DNA of 64,000 nucleotides from Botryllus schlosseri (lineage: Eukaryota). Under the pieces are notes generated by a model. The model searched no databases. It was not told the origin of the DNA and saw only the letters and a list, made by a program, of their open reading frames with translations. The stretch covers positions 8,122,001-8,186,000 of the forward strand of contig CM119372.1 of NCBI GenBank assembly GCA_051294905.1. The letters are read 5' to 3'. The translations under genes and the position numbers were made by a program. Of this stretch, positions 63,391-64,000 are shown piece after piece (position 1 is the stretch's first letter; each line of letters opens with the position of its first letter).

Positions 63391-63652
63391 AGCGAGATAG
63401 TGTAATGGTTATGCGTCCGGCTCCTCGATAAGTAGGTCGTGGGTTCGATCCCCGGCCGGGTCATACCAAAGACTCGAAAATTGGTATCCGCAGCTATCCT
63501 GCTAGGCGCTCAGCAATCACGGATAGCATGGAGGAGAAAAAAAACGGGGGCGCAGACTAGATGACCTCATGGGGCCGTATCGCAACTCCGTCGTCAAAGC
63601 ATCTCGATGGTGCAGGCGAAAAAGAAATATCATATCTCTCTCTCTCTCTCTC
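63391..63652 (+). mobile_element. tRNA-derived SINE with a conserved-looking central domain and (CT)n tail
   Basis: A-box TAGTGTAATGG and B-box GGTTCGATCC, followed by GGGTCATACCAAAGACT..AAAATTGGTATCC..CCTGCTAGGCGCTCAGCA; the acceptor stem does not pair. Confidence 0.75.
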
Positions 63653-64000
63653 ACCTTATTATTGGCCTCGACAAGCATAAGTTGAAATCGCGCTCTACCT
63701 ACACCCATCTCGTTTTCATGGACATGCGAGGACCTGTAGACTGCTCTTATAATGAAGCGAATCTGATATCTTCGCATTTAACCTTCCCGTGGTAATAACG
63801 TAAGAGTTCTGCTATAACTATAGTGTCCTTTATGGTGCGGACACAGACTGATTGAACGGCTCACTGGATTTGGGTACGTCATACTTTCCATTTGGCCAAA
63901 GGCAATTTTACGGCCATTTTTGACCGGCTTGCCGAACGCTAAATTTGATAAAACGGGTATCAATGAAAAGCTGCTACTGTACTAATTACGATAATAGGAA

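Noticed and set aside
63391-63465. Functional tRNA gene
   Set aside because: A and B boxes are present but the acceptor stem does not pair and the sequence continues into a SINE body with a second copy elsewhere.

Overview
Eukaryotic (animal) genomic DNA, AT-rich outside exons, with short GT-AG introns and dense transposon debris. The gene set, the small introns, a likely operon-like gene pair and bacterial-type cold-shock genes suggest a compact invertebrate genome, plausibly an ascidian (inference, not proven). Genes reconstructed by hand: a BOULE/DAZ-like RRM gene (+, 1217-1942); a DOCK6/7/8-family GEF with a ~6 kb first exon and only one intron (+, 8293-15289); an HPS4-like longin gene (+, from 17318); MRM1-like SpoU methyltransferase (-, 24919 to ~21113) only 88 nt downstream of DPH3 (-, 25313-25008); two intronless stand-alone cold-shock proteins of bacterial type (-, 28632-28426 and 41137-40919) flanking a 7-exon acid-lipase-family gene with an unusual membrane-anchor-like N-terminus (-, 39897-35078); and a TMEM266-like voltage-sensor-domain gene with a UIM (+, ~44368-55485). 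Repeats include many hAT MITEs with 8-bp TSDs, L2/Crack-type LINE 3' ends, tRNA-derived SINEs, a decayed pogo-like element, a ~620-bp foldback hairpin and a TIR element holding a TTAGGG-containing 23-bp minisatellite. There is no CRISPR array, rRNA gene or convincing functional tRNA gene. Best leads: the two bacterial-type Csp genes (candidate horizontal transfer), the near-intronless DOCK, the DPH3-MRM1 operon candidate, the anchored lipase and the VSD-UIM protein.
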